From the human T2T-CHM13v2.0 reference genome, Homo sapiens: 64,000 bases of DNA. This document shows, piece by piece, positions 1-14,100 of the stretch; position 1 is the first letter of the stretch, and the number at the start of each line of letters is the position of its first letter. The DNA lies in the NCBI RefSeq assembly GCF_009914755.1, contig NC_060928.1. One strand, given 5' to 3'. The translations under genes and the position numbers were made by a program. The notes below the pieces were generated by a model that was given only the letters and a program-made list of their open reading frames with translations, did no database searches and was not told where the DNA came from.

Positions 1-249
1 AGCAGATATTATCACTGTCTTCTCAAATCCAACACTGGCCAATAGGATGGCCTAATTCAGGTGATGTGGTTTCAAAGACTGTTGGTCCCCCAGCTACCTA
101 CCAGTAATTTAATAGTGATGCTTCAATTTAGACTTCTATAGATACATTCCATTTTTAAGGTTTGGTCCCCAATAAATACAAATACCTGGAGAAATAATAC
201 TTCAAAGAATCTTGGTTATTTGTATCTGAGCTTAAAAAAGATTACTGGA

Positions 250-452
250 TTTTTTTTTTTTTTTTTTTTTTTTTGTGAGACGGAGTCTTGCTTACAGGCA
301 TGTGCCACCACACCTAGCTAATTTTTGCATTTTTAGTAGAGACAGGGTTTCACCATGTTGGCCAGGATGGTCTTGATCTCCTGACCTTGTGATCCGCCTC
401 CCTTGGTCTCCCAAAGTGCTGGGATTACAGGAGTGAGCCACCACGCCCAGCC
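250..452 (-). mobile_element. Alu (AluS/Y-like) with ~105-bp internal deletion of the right arm
   Basis: Poly-T 250-274; Alu minus-strand sequence jumps from GAGTCTTGCT directly to TACAGGCATG; 17-bp TSD AAAAAAGATTACTGGAT at 234-250 and 453-469. Confidence 0.93.
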
Positions 453-1195
453 AAAAAAGATTACTGGATACTTTCTAGACATTAAGTTTTGGTCAGGGAG
501 ATGAAAGATGACATAAGAATTCTGAAGGGGGAGGTGGGTTTCGGAGATGGCTTGTTCAAGGGAAAAAGTGGCAAAGAAAGGAGAGATGACCAAAGTGCCA
601 TTTGCCTGCCCAGAGCTGATCCTTCTGTCTAAGGGTGAGTGTCATGACTGAGGGGCAGCTGGGACTGCTTAAGTGGCTGCCACTATATTCAGTCATTGAA
701 AGCATGCTCCGGGAATTCAGGTTTGGCTGCAGCTGTGACAGTGGGTGAGGGCAATCATATCCAAGCTGCCATGTGGTCTGTGAGATTCCTGAGTCAATAG
801 TGAGTCTATTTAGGGATTAGGACCTTGCATTCTCATACGAGATTTAGTAGTCATAATACACAGCCAGGATCATGGCACATTTAACAGGTATTAAGAGAGT
901 ACTAGGAGAATATGAAGATCAAATGTCAGGGCTTTTAATATGGTTTTTTTGTTTGTTTGCTCGCTTTTGCTGTAGATTGTGAATATATAGATTCCAACCT
1001 TTCACTCTTGATAACAGAAAAAAAATCTTTGATATCAATTACAAGTTTTTGCCTGCGTTATTAACCAGCCTCCAAGCAATCCAAATTGTTTCCTTCTAGT
1101 AATTGTTCAGCTGTACTATTTTAAAAAATTAAATGAACATTTTCTGTTGAACAGAAACAATCTGTTGGGTTTACTTGAAAGAAATTCGTACTTAG

Positions 1196-1500
1196 GGCCA
1201 GGCACAGTGGCTCACACCTGTAATCCCAGCACTTCGGGAGGCCAAGGCAGGCGGATCATGAAGTCAAGAGATCGAGACCATCCTGGCCAACATGGTGAAA
1301 CCCCGTCTCTACTAAAAACACAAAAATTACCTGGATGTGGTGGCGCGCTTGTAGTCCCAGCTACTCGGGACGGGCTGAGGCAAGAGAATTGCTTGAACCC
1401 AGGAGGCAGAGGTTGCCGTGAGCCAAGATTGCACCACTGCACTCCAGCCTGGCAACAGAGCAGGATTCCGTCTCAGAAAAAAAAAAAAAGAAGAAGAAAA
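1196..1500 (+). mobile_element. Alu, AluSc-like, full length
   Basis: GGCCAGGCACAGTGGCTCAC start, TCAAGAGATCGAGACCATCCTGGCCAACATGG, A-tail; TSD AAAGAAATTC(G/A)TACTTA on both sides. Confidence 0.95.
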
Positions 1501-1516
1501 AGAAATTCATACTTAC

Positions 1517-1596
1517 CTGCTTAATTAATGATATAACTGGCCCTTGTTTGAAGTAATCAAGAGTGAGACCTGGGGAGAGCTCATGCATCAAGGATC
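1517..1596 (-). other. Candidate 80-nt internal exon (coding status unknown)
   Basis: Minus strand acceptor CAACTCTTACAG| and consensus donor CAG|GTAAGT; one frame open (SLMHELSPGLTLDYFKQGPVISLIKQ). Motif evidence only. Confidence 0.3.
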
Positions 1597-2522
1597 CTGT
1601 AAGAGTTGTGTTCCTTAGTTTAAAGAAAGTCAGCATGTATTCAGGTCTATGTGATCACACACATACATACTCAAAAGTGTGGGCATTAGGATGAGAAAAC
1701 AAGACAGATGTAATACGTAGTAACATTTTAAGTGCTTATCATTTGCAAGGCGTTGTTTTAAGGGCTTTTCTCATTAAATTCTTAGATTATCATCATAGCT
1801 AACTACTATTATTATTCCCATTTCATAGATTATCAAAGTGAATAGTTAAGTCCTATGAGTATTTTTTTTAATTACAGAAAAGGAGAGAGAAAAACAAGAG
1901 AAATTAGAAGGGAAAGAGAGAAGAAACTGTCATTTTCTGTCTTTCGGAGCCATTTCTAGTCATGAGAAAAAGAAAGGCAATAGATTTTCAAGGAGCAATA
2001 GCCCATCTCATGGTCAATATTGAAAAACTAAGTAAGTTCTACATGGCTTTTGAGTACCAAGTTGACTTCCTTATCCATTTTATTTAAATGCCACTGAAAT
2101 AGTTCCATAGTTGTTTTATTTCTTTTGTGGTAGATGATATTGCTTATGACATGACATTAATCCATATCAACTGAGAACGTTGCCCATAATTATAATGTTG
2201 CTTTTGATAGAAATATCCTATAAGACTGAAATAAGTGAAATATTGCTTTCAGAAGAAAGAAAAAACACCTTGTATTAATGTAGTGCTACATCAAGAAATT
2301 GTATCCCAAGGCTTGGCTCCAAGTCTGTAAATGTGGTATTCAGTGAATATGTTTTGTTGTTTATTGTCAGACAAGCAAGCATATACATAATAAATATATA
2401 GTGTTTGATTCCATTTAACACATAACACACACACGTATACACATATGTGTATGTGTGAGTGTGTATGCCTCTGTGTGTGTGTATCTATAAAAAAGACTAC
2501 ACCATCAAAAATACTGAGTGGT

Positions 2523-2815
2523 GGCTGGGCGAGTTGGCTCACGCCTGTAATCCCAGCACTTTGGCAGGCGGAGGCAGGCAGATCACGAGGTCAGGAGTTT
2601 GAGACCAGTCTGGCCAACGTGGCACAACCCCGTGTCTACTGAAAATACAAAAATTGGCCGGGCATGGTCACGGGCACCTATAATCCCAGCTACTCAGGAG
2701 GTTGAGGCAGGATAATCACTTGAACCCGGGAGTCGGGGGTTGAAGTGAGCCGAGATCATGCCATTGCACTCCAGACCGGGCGACAAGAGTGAAATTCTGT
2801 TTAAAAAAATAAAAA
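2523..2815 (+). mobile_element. Alu, AluSg-like
   Basis: GGCTGGGCGAGTTGGCTCACGCCTGTAATCCC...GATCACGAGGTCAGGAGTTTGAGACCAG; short A-tail abutting the next Alu. Confidence 0.93.
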
Positions 2816-3096
2816 GGCCGAGCGCGGTAGCTCATGCCTGAAATCCTAGCACTTTGGGAGGCTGAGGCAGGCAGATCACAAGGTCAGGAGATCGAGACCA
2901 TCCTGGCTAACACGGTGAAACCCCGTCTCTACTAAAAATACAAAAAAATTAGCCGGGCGTAGTGGCAGGTGCCTGTAGTCTCAGCCACTCAGGAGGCTGA
3001 GGCAGGAGAATGGCGTGAACCCGGGAGCAGAGGTTGTAGTGAGCCGAGATCACGCCACTGCGCTCCAGCCTGGGCGACAGAGCGAGACTCCATATC

Positions 3097-3135
<39 letters not shown>
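2816..3135 (+). mobile_element. AluY-like, head-to-tail behind the previous Alu, tail converted to (AAT)n
   Basis: GATCGAGACCATCCTGGCTAACACGGTGAAACCCC and GAATGGCGTGAACCCGGGAG are AluY-type diagnostics. Confidence 0.93.
3097..3135 (+). repeat. (AAT)13 microsatellite from an Alu tail
   Basis: Perfect AAT run directly after the Alu 3' end. Confidence 0.95.
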
Positions 3136-3136
<1 letters not shown>

Positions 3137-3869
3137 TATTATGTAAACTTCCTGCCTTCTAGAAATTGCTTATGTATTGTAGAGTTAAGCATGAAAATCG
3201 AAGGTATTACGTGAGTGTCATGGATACTTATTTCTTCATAACAGGAGGGAGCAATCTCTAAGAATTGGGTTGTTAGGGGAAATTTCAAAGGGGAAAATGA
3301 ATCAGATTAAACTTGAAAGATAGGTGCAGTCCAAGAGGACATATGAGTAGGAGACAGGGAATGCCTGCTGGATGTAATGACTTTTATTTAAAAAGAGATT
3401 AAAAAGTTCTACATTTCTTTGAAACTGAGAAATGGAATTAGTGGTAAAGAGAAATAGTAAGATTGATTCCAAAGATGGCAGCCCTTGAAAGTCAGATTAA
3501 TATTTGCTAAGAGCAACCTTTTAAAATACTTCTAGCATGCCCTCTTCAAGAACACATAAACCAGATAGGATAATCCCATATTCTCAGAAGTTTTCAAGTC
3601 TTTATTCTCCCCACCTACATCACTTTTAAATTTTCTCCTTTGTCCAATCTCTCTGTTTTTTCCATTTGAAAACAGCATGTTAATTTCAAATTGTCTACTT
3701 TGTCTTCACCTGCAACTTCCTTAAGACACTGCTTCTTGAAACTACTTCTGGTTGCGACAGGTTAGCAATGTCATACTTCTACACCTGGCCCAGGAATATA
3801 ACATGCTGTACACCAGCCAAAGCCTTATTTTGTCCTAGCATGTACTTGCCAAAGGAAGGAGATAAGAAA

Positions 3870-4370
3870 GTATATTTGTTATTTTTGATATGTAACAAAT
3901 TACCCCAAGGCTTAGCAGTTGGAAACAACAAATATTACGTCACCAATTTCTGAGGGCCAGGAATCTAGTGGTACCTTACCCTGGTGGTTGTGGCTATGGT
4001 CCCTCAAGCTGCTGGTGTTGCCTGCTGTCTCTGGAGACCTGACCAGGACTGGAGGATCTGTTTCCAAGTTCATTCAAGGGTCTATTGGCAGGACTTTCAG
4101 TACCTTGCTATGTGAGCCTCTCCATAGGGCTGCTGACACATGACTTCTCCCAGAACAAATGAATGAGAGGAAAAGCACCAAGAGAAGTAACAAAAATGGA
4201 AGCCACAATATATTTTATAATCGAATTTTAGAATTTACATATCACCACTCTGCCTTATTCTGTGGGTCACATAGATCAAGCCTGGCATAGAATAAGAGGA
4301 GACTGCACACCAGTGTGAATACCAGGAGGCGAGGATTATCAGGAGCCATCATGGAGCCTAGTTACTGCAG
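3870..4370 (-). mobile_element. MaLR solo LTR (MLT1F/G/H-like)
   Basis: TGTAACAAATTACCCCAAGGCTTAGCAG, GGACTGGAGGATCTGTTTCCAAG, GCCTCTCCATAGGGCTGCT, GTGTGAATACCAGGAGGC motifs typical of antisense MLT1. Confidence 0.75.
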
Positions 4371-5059
4371 ACAGGTATTTTTGTCTAAACCAGATTATGG
4401 TGCACACAGATCATTTAGAAAGATGAATTTGACAACTGCGTGTGTATTTCTGCATTTAACATGATGAAACAAAGTCTTTAAAGAGTTATATATCTTATCT
4501 ATTTAGTATTACTTAGTTACACTGAGAGACACATGCTTCCTTAAAATACCAGTTTCCAGAAGAGTGATACAGTGTTATGTGCAGAAATGTCCACTATGAA
4601 GGAAAACCTATATTGTGGTGTGTATCTAAGCAAAAGAACTCTTCACTGCTTCCTGAGATGGAGCATACTTTATGGAAACATGGGCCTGGAGAAAGTCTGA
4701 TTATGCAGCACAGCCCATGGAAGAACGCTACACTGTGACAGAGCACTAGGTCAGGAGGTCAAACTCCATGCTACTCTGTGACACTTAGTCACCTAATAAA
4801 TAATTTATAAATTGGCATAGATAAAACATTTACTCCTTTAACTACTTGGGATGTCTGCCCTTTCTGCTCATCAAATGACCTCTGTAGCAGAGGATTGGTT
4901 TCTATAGTTTTGGAGATACATGAGTCACCCTGCAGGGCTAATGGGGCAAGTAGGCTGCCCTACTTATTCTTTTGGCTTATGAGTTTGATAATGGAAGTGA
5001 AAATTGAGAATTGAAGAAATAAGAAATTGAGACCCAGAAAGATAAGAATAAGGTAACTC

Positions 5060-5338
5060 TTTTTTTTGGAAATGGAGTCCATGCTGGAGTGTAGGTGACA
5101 CAGTCTCAGCTCACTGCAACCTCTGCCTCCCAGGTTCAAGCGATTCTCCCGCCTCAGTCTCTTGAGTAGTTGGGACTACAGGCATGTGCAACCATGCCCA
5201 GCTAATTTTTTGTATTTTAGTAGAGACAGGGCTTCACCATGTTGCCCAGGCTTGTCTTGAACTCCTGAGCTCAGGCAATCTGCCCACCTTCACCTCCCAA
5301 AGTGCTGGGATTATAGGCGTGAGCCACTGTGCCCGGCT
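5060..5338 (-). mobile_element. Alu (older S/J type)
   Basis: Minus-strand Alu body; TSD GGTAACTCTT on both sides. Confidence 0.92.
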
Positions 5339-5614
5339 GGTAACTCTTGAATTTCAAAAATTAAAGAGAAAAGAATACTACAAAGAACTTCTTACACTCA
5401 GAGAAGTCAATTAGATTATAAATAAACAAGTAAATTTTTTTAAGTTTAGAATCTACTTGAATAAATGACATTTATTTTTATATGTAATTTCCATAAAAGT
5501 AATGGCTTCAAAATAATTTCTCTCTCATATATGTAATAGAGTTCTGTGACTAGGTTAAGTTTTGCATTGTCAGAGATTAATTTATTCTTAAATATTTGAA
5601 AAATATGACTCATG

Positions 5615-5966
<352 letters not shown>

Positions 5967-6407
5967 CTAAATTCTGGACATTTTCAGGATTTGTGTGCCC
6001 CATTACAATTCCCAGTCCCCACCTCAGTCTGACCAGCATGTCCTTCCGTGGCTTGTGTTGATCTCTCCATCCCAGATCAGCACAGACATGGACCGTGAGC
6101 CCTCTGCTGTGATTTTTACAAAGCATACAGGAGAAACAGTATGCAGTATGGATTTTTCTGGATATTATTTGGAAGGGGAAGGGGGACAGGTACAAACTGG
6201 AGAGGTTAAATACCATCACATAGCTGAGAAAAAATTTAAATTTAAGAGTTTTCTTAAAATATTCTGCAGGGTTTCCTACTACTAAGGTATCCATTGACTG
6301 CAGCCTGCATGTCGCTGGGCCAATTTCCTTTACAGCTACTCATGATAGACCCCTCACTTCTGCCTCTCCTGTTGTGACTTATTCCTGTGTTCTTCTTGAC
6401 TCGGTAA

Positions 6408-6730
<323 letters not shown>

Positions 6731-8626
6731 CTCAATTTTTTTTTGTTCTGTGTTCGTCTTCAAGAATAGTGCGCAAATTCATGAAAGGTTTCTTTTATAC
6801 CATACAAAGTGGCCACCAAGTATTCTCCTGAACAAAAGTCCATTTCTGAAATCCACTGCAATCTATTCTTATAGAGCAATTTTTCTTTATTCCCAAATGT
6901 AATAGAAAAATATGAAATTGTAAGCAAAAATTAAGATACATATTAGTATATATGATTAAAGTTCTATTATTCGTAACACTGGTACTTAATACTATTATTT
7001 TATCAATAAGAATTCATTGAAGCTACTTAAGCTCATTGGAAGTACAGCACTTTGAACATTTTACCTGGTTTGACAAGAATAAGCCTTTTGAACAGTTGAC
7101 AACTTAACATAATTGCAAGTACCTAACAACTTATTCCTATTTTGAATAACCATGCATTATTACTTTAAATCCAGCGTGTAAAGTCACACAAAAGGAAGTA
7201 ATTGACAGTGAAGTACCATAGAACAGTTTTTTATTATTTGTTACAATAATTCTTTTAAATGTACACTCACCTGCTAATGTATAGCATTTATTCAGTACAT
7301 TTCATCTTCAAAATACTTCATCCATATGAATTAATTCATTTCCATAAACACCTCAGTGAAACAGATGATAACTTTTATCCTATTTTCCAAGTGGGAGTAT
7401 GAGACAGAGATAACTGTCTAATATCATACAAAGAGAGAATTAGGACAAAGATATAAGCAAGACTTTCTACTCTGTTCTAACACTGGTTATTATACATATG
7501 TAGTCTTCTTTTTACATAAAAGAGAGGGTTAGTTTGGAGATTAGAGTTTAGTGCAGAGATAATGATGTTGGCTCCATTTTGTGATTCTTCCTTGGATTTT
7601 CTTTACAATATTGCTTATCCCCAACATTCACCTTGCCTTAATTAACAAGAGTTAATTAAGGAAGAGTAACAGTTTTAGATCCTTATGCATGTGTGTTTAT
7701 CTGTGAAGATACACATAAAAAAGCAGAAGACAAATTTGATTATATGTAAAGCTTCCAAAAACATCCTAGGAAACTCCCTGTGCCTCAAGAGCTCATGGGA
7801 AGCTCATCAAGAGCAAATGGGAAGACCCCAAACCAGGTGATCGCTAAGGTCTAGCCTGTCATAGCTGTGCTTGTAAATAATTTTTTGTATGACTTGAAAC
7901 CCTCTCTTCATTTGAATATCAGTAATTCTTCAACTATCAAATTTTAATTTTTATTGTGTAAGTAAGTGATTTCAGAGACAGAAAAGCTTATAATTTTTTC
8001 ACTCAGGTAGCTAATAATTGATGATCATTTTGAACATTTGCTATATTTAATAAATTTCAAGTCAGATTATCTTACTCATCCCAAAATCCTCTGATGACTT
8101 ACCATTCCACTCAGAATAAAATTTATACTTTTTCCACAGCCTATGAATTCCTCCTACAGGTCTCCCTTTGTCTCCTGCATTATGGTCACATAGATTTTCT
8201 TGCCCATCCTCAGAAATGAAGAGCACATCCCTCCTCCTCCACTTGGTTTTCCCTTTGCTCGGATTCTCTAACAATGGTCTTGTTTTGGGGGGTACTCTGA
8301 ACACTGACAAGTGAGTCTGCACTAAATACATGTTGAGCTGTGTTTCCTGACACGAAGTGCTGATAAATAGTCCTTAACTTTTGACAATCCTACTTATGTC
8401 TGGTTGTCTAAATGTAGCACTATGGGCTTGTAGTGTAAACATGCACCTAGAAAGAATAGCATTTCCACCTAATTATGAAAATCATATCCTTTAAAAAATA
8501 CAAACGGGACACTCAAGTAGTATACACAGTTTCCCCCTTAACCCATATTTTAACACCTAGGCATAGAAAATACTAGAAGGGATTTTCTAGTTCTCCCCCA
8601 AATTCCATAAAACATTTACAAATGGG

Positions 8627-8919
8627 GGCCAGGCACGATGGCTCACGCCTGTAATCCCAGCACTTTGGGAGGATGAGGCGGGCAGATCACGAGGTCAGGA
8701 GATTGAGACCATCCTGGCCAACATGGTGAAACCCCGTCTCTACTAAAAATACAAAAATTAGCCAGGCGTGGTGGCATGTGCCAGTAGTCTCAGCTACTCA
8801 GGAGGTTGAGGCAGGAGAATCACTTGAACCCAGGAGGCAGAGGCTGCAGTGAGCTGAGATCATGCCACTGCACTCCAGCCTGAGCGAGACTCTGTCTCAA
8901 AACAAAAAACAAAACAAAA
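8627..8919 (+). mobile_element. Alu (AluSc/Sc8-like)
   Basis: Full Alu body, AAAAC-type tail, degenerate TSD. Confidence 0.93.
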
Positions 8920-9983
8920 CTTGCAAGTGGGCCAATCAGTCAATCTCTGCACACAAATCAGAATATTCTTTGAACTTAATGTTCAAGTGTTCAAAGTGAA
9001 GAAATAAAAGCCACAAGTCTGCCTTCAATGTCTATTTCCCTTTCAAGTTACTGACCATTCAGTGACTTAACATAAAAAGCACATAAATAATCAGAGATCC
9101 TTCCACCCTTCTCCTCTAATCCCAGTATCAATGATAAAAATGTTCTAATAGTCTTAAAGATTGACTTTATCTTTGAACATCTGTCAAGGATAAAAATTAC
9201 CTGTGCTTACTCATTCAGGTATATGAGACCAAAACCATTTAGAACATATTTAATGACCTTTTATACAATTTAATTTAATTGGAAGGTTTGTTTCTAGATA
9301 TTGCAGTTGTATTCTATCAGTATACTTGCATATATTTATAATGCCCTGAAAATGTGAATTCAACACAGTAAAAATATCAATTACCACAATGTTCTAACTA
9401 CACTACACATGGTACGTGGGCAAATGACTAGCACAGATACTTGTAAAAGTCAAGTTTGCAATAGCAATAGCTTCTTATTCATTCCTACAAATCCCAAGGG
9501 ATGCTGTAGCTGTAATGTAATGCCAAGTAATGTAATGCTGTTCTGCCCTTTCCTTGAAATTACTGCTATTATAGACCCATTAGCACTGCAGGTATTTCTA
9601 TTCTGCTTTTCAAAAGGCTCAAAAGATGTGTGCCAAGAGTTCCTTGAATGAACTGAGCAGCATCTTCCAGCATGTTTCAGAATGTCAGTTGCAATATGAC
9701 AGATTTTATTGTTCAGGAAAGTGGAAATGTTTACTTGGTTAATGATGTTTCTTTAAAGGAAGATCAGATGTAATGTGGAATTTTTCTAGGGAGCCTACCC
9801 TCAGAAACAGAAGAAAAGTCCTAATTTTATTAGTTAATGGGAGAAGGAGCAGTTTAATCAGCTCTAATATCTTCAGAAATTAACAAATTACTGAGTAAAA
9901 TTTCTCAACTTTTGCTTTTCCCCATTGAGACCTTAATCATGTCCTAGATATATCAGTAAACTGGGATTAAGAAGATGGGTTCA

Positions 9984-10284
9984 GGCCAGGTGCAGTGGAT
10001 CATGCCAGCACTTTGGAATGCCAAAGTGGTTGGATCACCTGAGGTCAGGAGTTTGAGACCAGCCTAGACAACATGGTGAAACCCCATCTCTGCTAAAAAT
10101 ACAAACAATTAGCTGGGTGTGGTGGCACACACCTGTAATCCCAGCTACTCTGGAGGCCGAGGCAGGAGAATCACTCTAGGCAGGAGAAACTTGGGAGGTG
10201 GAGGTTGCAGAGAGCCAAGATCGTGCCACTGCACTTTAACCTGAGCAACAGAGTAAGATTCCATCTCCAAAAAAAAAAAAAAAA
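9984..10284 (+). mobile_element. Alu (AluSx-like) with small internal rearrangements
   Basis: GATCACCTGAGGTCAGGAGTTTGAGACCAGCC; TSD AAGATGGGTTCA; lacks TGTAATCC near the 5' end; AGGCAGGAGAA is duplicated. Confidence 0.92.
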
Positions 10285-11324
10285 GATGGGTTCAGACAGC
10301 AAGATTCAGTGATAACTACTCTGTAATGATCTTCCTGAAGAGCTGAAGAATGGAAATACTGGTGATTTTAGGGTCATACAAATAACAATGCTAGGAATCT
10401 CATCTATAATTCATAGGTTGAAAACAAAATAAAATTATATCTGAGAGAGTAGAAAATAGTACTTGCAAAGATGACAGTGGTTACCAAATCCTCTTCTTAG
10501 ACTTCTTTTTCAAATAAAGTTTTGCTCTAAAAACAAAAGAATAAATATTTTTTACTAAATACTTTTAGCTAATTTTAATGGTATTGCATATCCATACTTC
10601 ATAAATATATCTGCTTAATAAATCAAAATGAAATTGCTTTAACGATGAATTTAGCACTGGGGGCTAGTGTCTGACAGGATTTCTGCAATTTCAAAATATG
10701 GTGAAACCTCTCTCTGAGATTTGACACCGGCCCTGGGTTGAGAATATCACAGAATTGTTGGAGATCTTACAATTGTGCCATTATGGAGTTTTCTGAATGG
10801 CCATGGAGAAGAGATGATGTTGAGGTAATTAGATGGTGTATTTATCTTGAGGAAATTTGGTAGCATGGTTTCACCATTATTCCTAGGCATGTGTTGAAGC
10901 ACACCATGAGTGAAATCAGCGGGATGATAACAGAGGTAAAAGAAACAGAGATCTAGAAAAGTTTAGGAGCTATTTCTGTTAATTTTTGTCATTTTCTCAA
11001 GGGTTCCATTTATGGGGTTCTTATGTCATCAATAGGGTTGGGATTCTTAAAGAAATTTGCCAAAGTAGACAACTCTACACACTGGGGAGACATCCATGCG
11101 GTCTAGGACAGAAGAAAATTTCCTAGGTGTTTTTTTGTCAGGGGTTAGGGGAGGGTGGATGCTGCTGTTATAACACTGGGTGTCTCTGGAATCTTGGCTG
11201 AGCTTCAGCCTGTACCAACCTCCCCCCAGTCAGATAGTTCACTTGAATTCTACAATCCTAAGAAAACTAATATCAAGTATTCCAAGTTTCTTTCTTCAAG
11301 AGACAGAGTGGTTCATAGGAAATT

Positions 11325-12172
<848 letters not shown>

Positions 12173-12225
12173 AGCTTAGTTTCCATTATTCTCAGCATAA
12201 CACAGAGGAGTAGAAAGATATAGGA

Positions 12226-12428
12226 CAGGGCTTCTCAACCCTTGCTTTGTGGACATCTTGGGCCAGATAATTCTTTATTGGGAGGACTGTCCTGTGCCTT
12301 GTAGGATGTCTAGCAGTAGCCCTGACCTCTACTTACTAGGTGCCACTAGCATTCACTGCCCAATTTGTGACAACCAAGTTATATGCCCTAGGAGGTGTTA
12401 GGGGATAAAACCACCTCCACTGAGCTGT
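12226..12428 (-). mobile_element. MER20 (hAT-Charlie non-autonomous DNA transposon)
   Basis: CAGGGCTTCTCAACC...GGGCCAGATAATTCTTTATTG...CTGTCCTGTGCCTTGTAGGATG...GTGACAACCAA matches the reverse complement of the MER20 consensus as recalled. Confidence 0.85.
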
Positions 12429-13209
12429 CCTGATGTAGTAAATAGACATGGGAGAGAGGAACTGCCCATGAGTAGAGTATTGCACTAGGCTTGACCAGGA
12501 GTCTATTACCCTGAGCATAAACTGGACTAGGTTATCCATGAGTGACTTGAGGCAAGGTATGCCTGGTGTGTCCTCCTGAAGGCCTCTGGCTAGTGTATGG
12601 GGCTTGCTGGTCACAGACTCACATCTTTCTTGACTCCATGTAAGGTGACCTATGAACCCTCTCATGTGTGGGAAAATTTTCCAGGTATTAGTCGAAGCCA
12701 GGAAATATTCTAGTGCAGGGGTCAATGGGGGAAAAGGCAGAGGCTGAAATCATGATTTCAGGGGGACAAATATACTCTGGATGGGAATGTAAAGTGAATT
12801 GTTATAATGTAATTCCATTTAGGGGAGGTATTTGGCCTGTTTAACTTATCAGTAAGAGTCATAGTACCTAATGAATTATCCTAGTAAATTATTTAAATGC
12901 TGTAAAATGGGCATACCTGAACTAAAGAACTTTAAAAATGCCCTTCCAAAATTAAAGCAGGACCTGGGGTTTTGGGTTTGAGACACCTTAACCAGAATTG
13001 GTAGAGTTTAAAAGTCCGAATTTCTTGAGCTTGATGGTGAAAATAGTCAATGTATTAGATAAGTTGAATAGCTTAAATGAGCCTGTTATTTAGAGGGGAT
13101 TTTACTTCAAACTAACTAATAATTCTGACTACAATGGATCCCCTCCCCTTTTTATGACATTTTATCTATTTTTTCAGTAGAAGAAAGCAATTTAAGTTTA
13201 AATTTTCAC

Positions 13210-13286
13210 TTCAGTAGTGTCCTCTACTCTTTTCAGTTAAGAAGAGAAACACTAAGTATATGTTTTATTAGTGGAGAGTGCTGGCA
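13210..13286 (+). repeat. Left arm of 77-bp inverted repeat
   Basis: Reverse complement of 14101-14177; 68/77 identical, with a 39-bp perfect core at 13223-13261. Confidence 0.95.
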
Positions 13287-13381
13287 TAATTATACTGACT
13301 GTACATAATTGTGGAAAGTTCGAAAGGGAGACATTTGGGGAATAGAAAACAGCAGAGATATCTCATAAGAAAAGAAAAAGA

Positions 13382-13570
13382 GGCAGGGCGTGGTGGTGGG
13401 TGCCTGTAGTCCCAGCTACTCGGGAGGCTGAGGCAGGAGAATGGTGACACTGGGAGACGGAGGTTATTGTGAGGCGAGATTGCGCCACTGCAGTCCAGCC
13501 TGGGCAATAGAGTGAAACTCCGTCTCAAAAAAGGAAAAAAAAAAAAAAAAGAAAAGAAAAAAAAAAGAAA
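13382..13570 (+). mobile_element. Alu right monomer only (5'-truncated Alu or FRAM-like)
   Basis: Starts at GGCAGGGCGTGGTGGTGGGTGCCTGTAGTCCCAGC; long A-rich tail. Confidence 0.88.
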
Positions 13571-13824
13571 AGGAAGAGAGACATAAAAAAATAGAAAGGA
13601 TGAGAGAAGATACATGGAGAGGCACACAGCAAACTAGCAATGGTACCACCCAGTGCATAATTTATTCAGTTAAATTCACATATGTTTTTAAAATGTTGGC
13701 ATTTATATTTTACAAATAATAATCTACTACATGTTCTGTGCATCAACAAGAAAGATAGTTGCTCCATGAATTTGTTTTAATATTCAGTTATGTATGGAAT
13801 AGTGGATAACAGTGGAGTGTAAAG

Positions 13825-14030
13825 CAGTATCATCACCACTTAATAGCTGTGTGACACTGGGAAAATTGCATATAATTTTGTCTTAAGTCTTTCATCTCCA
13901 AAATGAGGCTGCTAATAAAACCTAGTCCACAGGGCTGTTGTGGGCATTACCTGAGTTATTTCAGGGTGAATTGCTTATAACACTGGATAACATAGAGAAA
14001 ATGTTTTAAAATGTTGTTTGTGTTTTGCTA
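13825..14030 (+). mobile_element. MIR
   Basis: CACCACTTAATAGCTGTGTGACACTGGGAAAATT...TTCATCTCCAAAATGAGG...AGGGCTGTTGTG core. Confidence 0.75.
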
Positions 14031-14100
14031 TTATTTAAATTCTTGATTCTCACTATCCAGCTGATCTTGATACTTATCTAAATTTAATCACAACTAAAGG

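Noticed and set aside
2969-3214. ORF with a poly-isoleucine run
   Set aside because: Translation of the (AAT)n Alu tail.
7786-7829. 22-bp imperfect tandem duplication; similar ones at ~9512-9538, 18875-18910 and 63674-63720
   Set aside because: Two- or three-copy slippage duplications; no spacer structure, not CRISPR-like.
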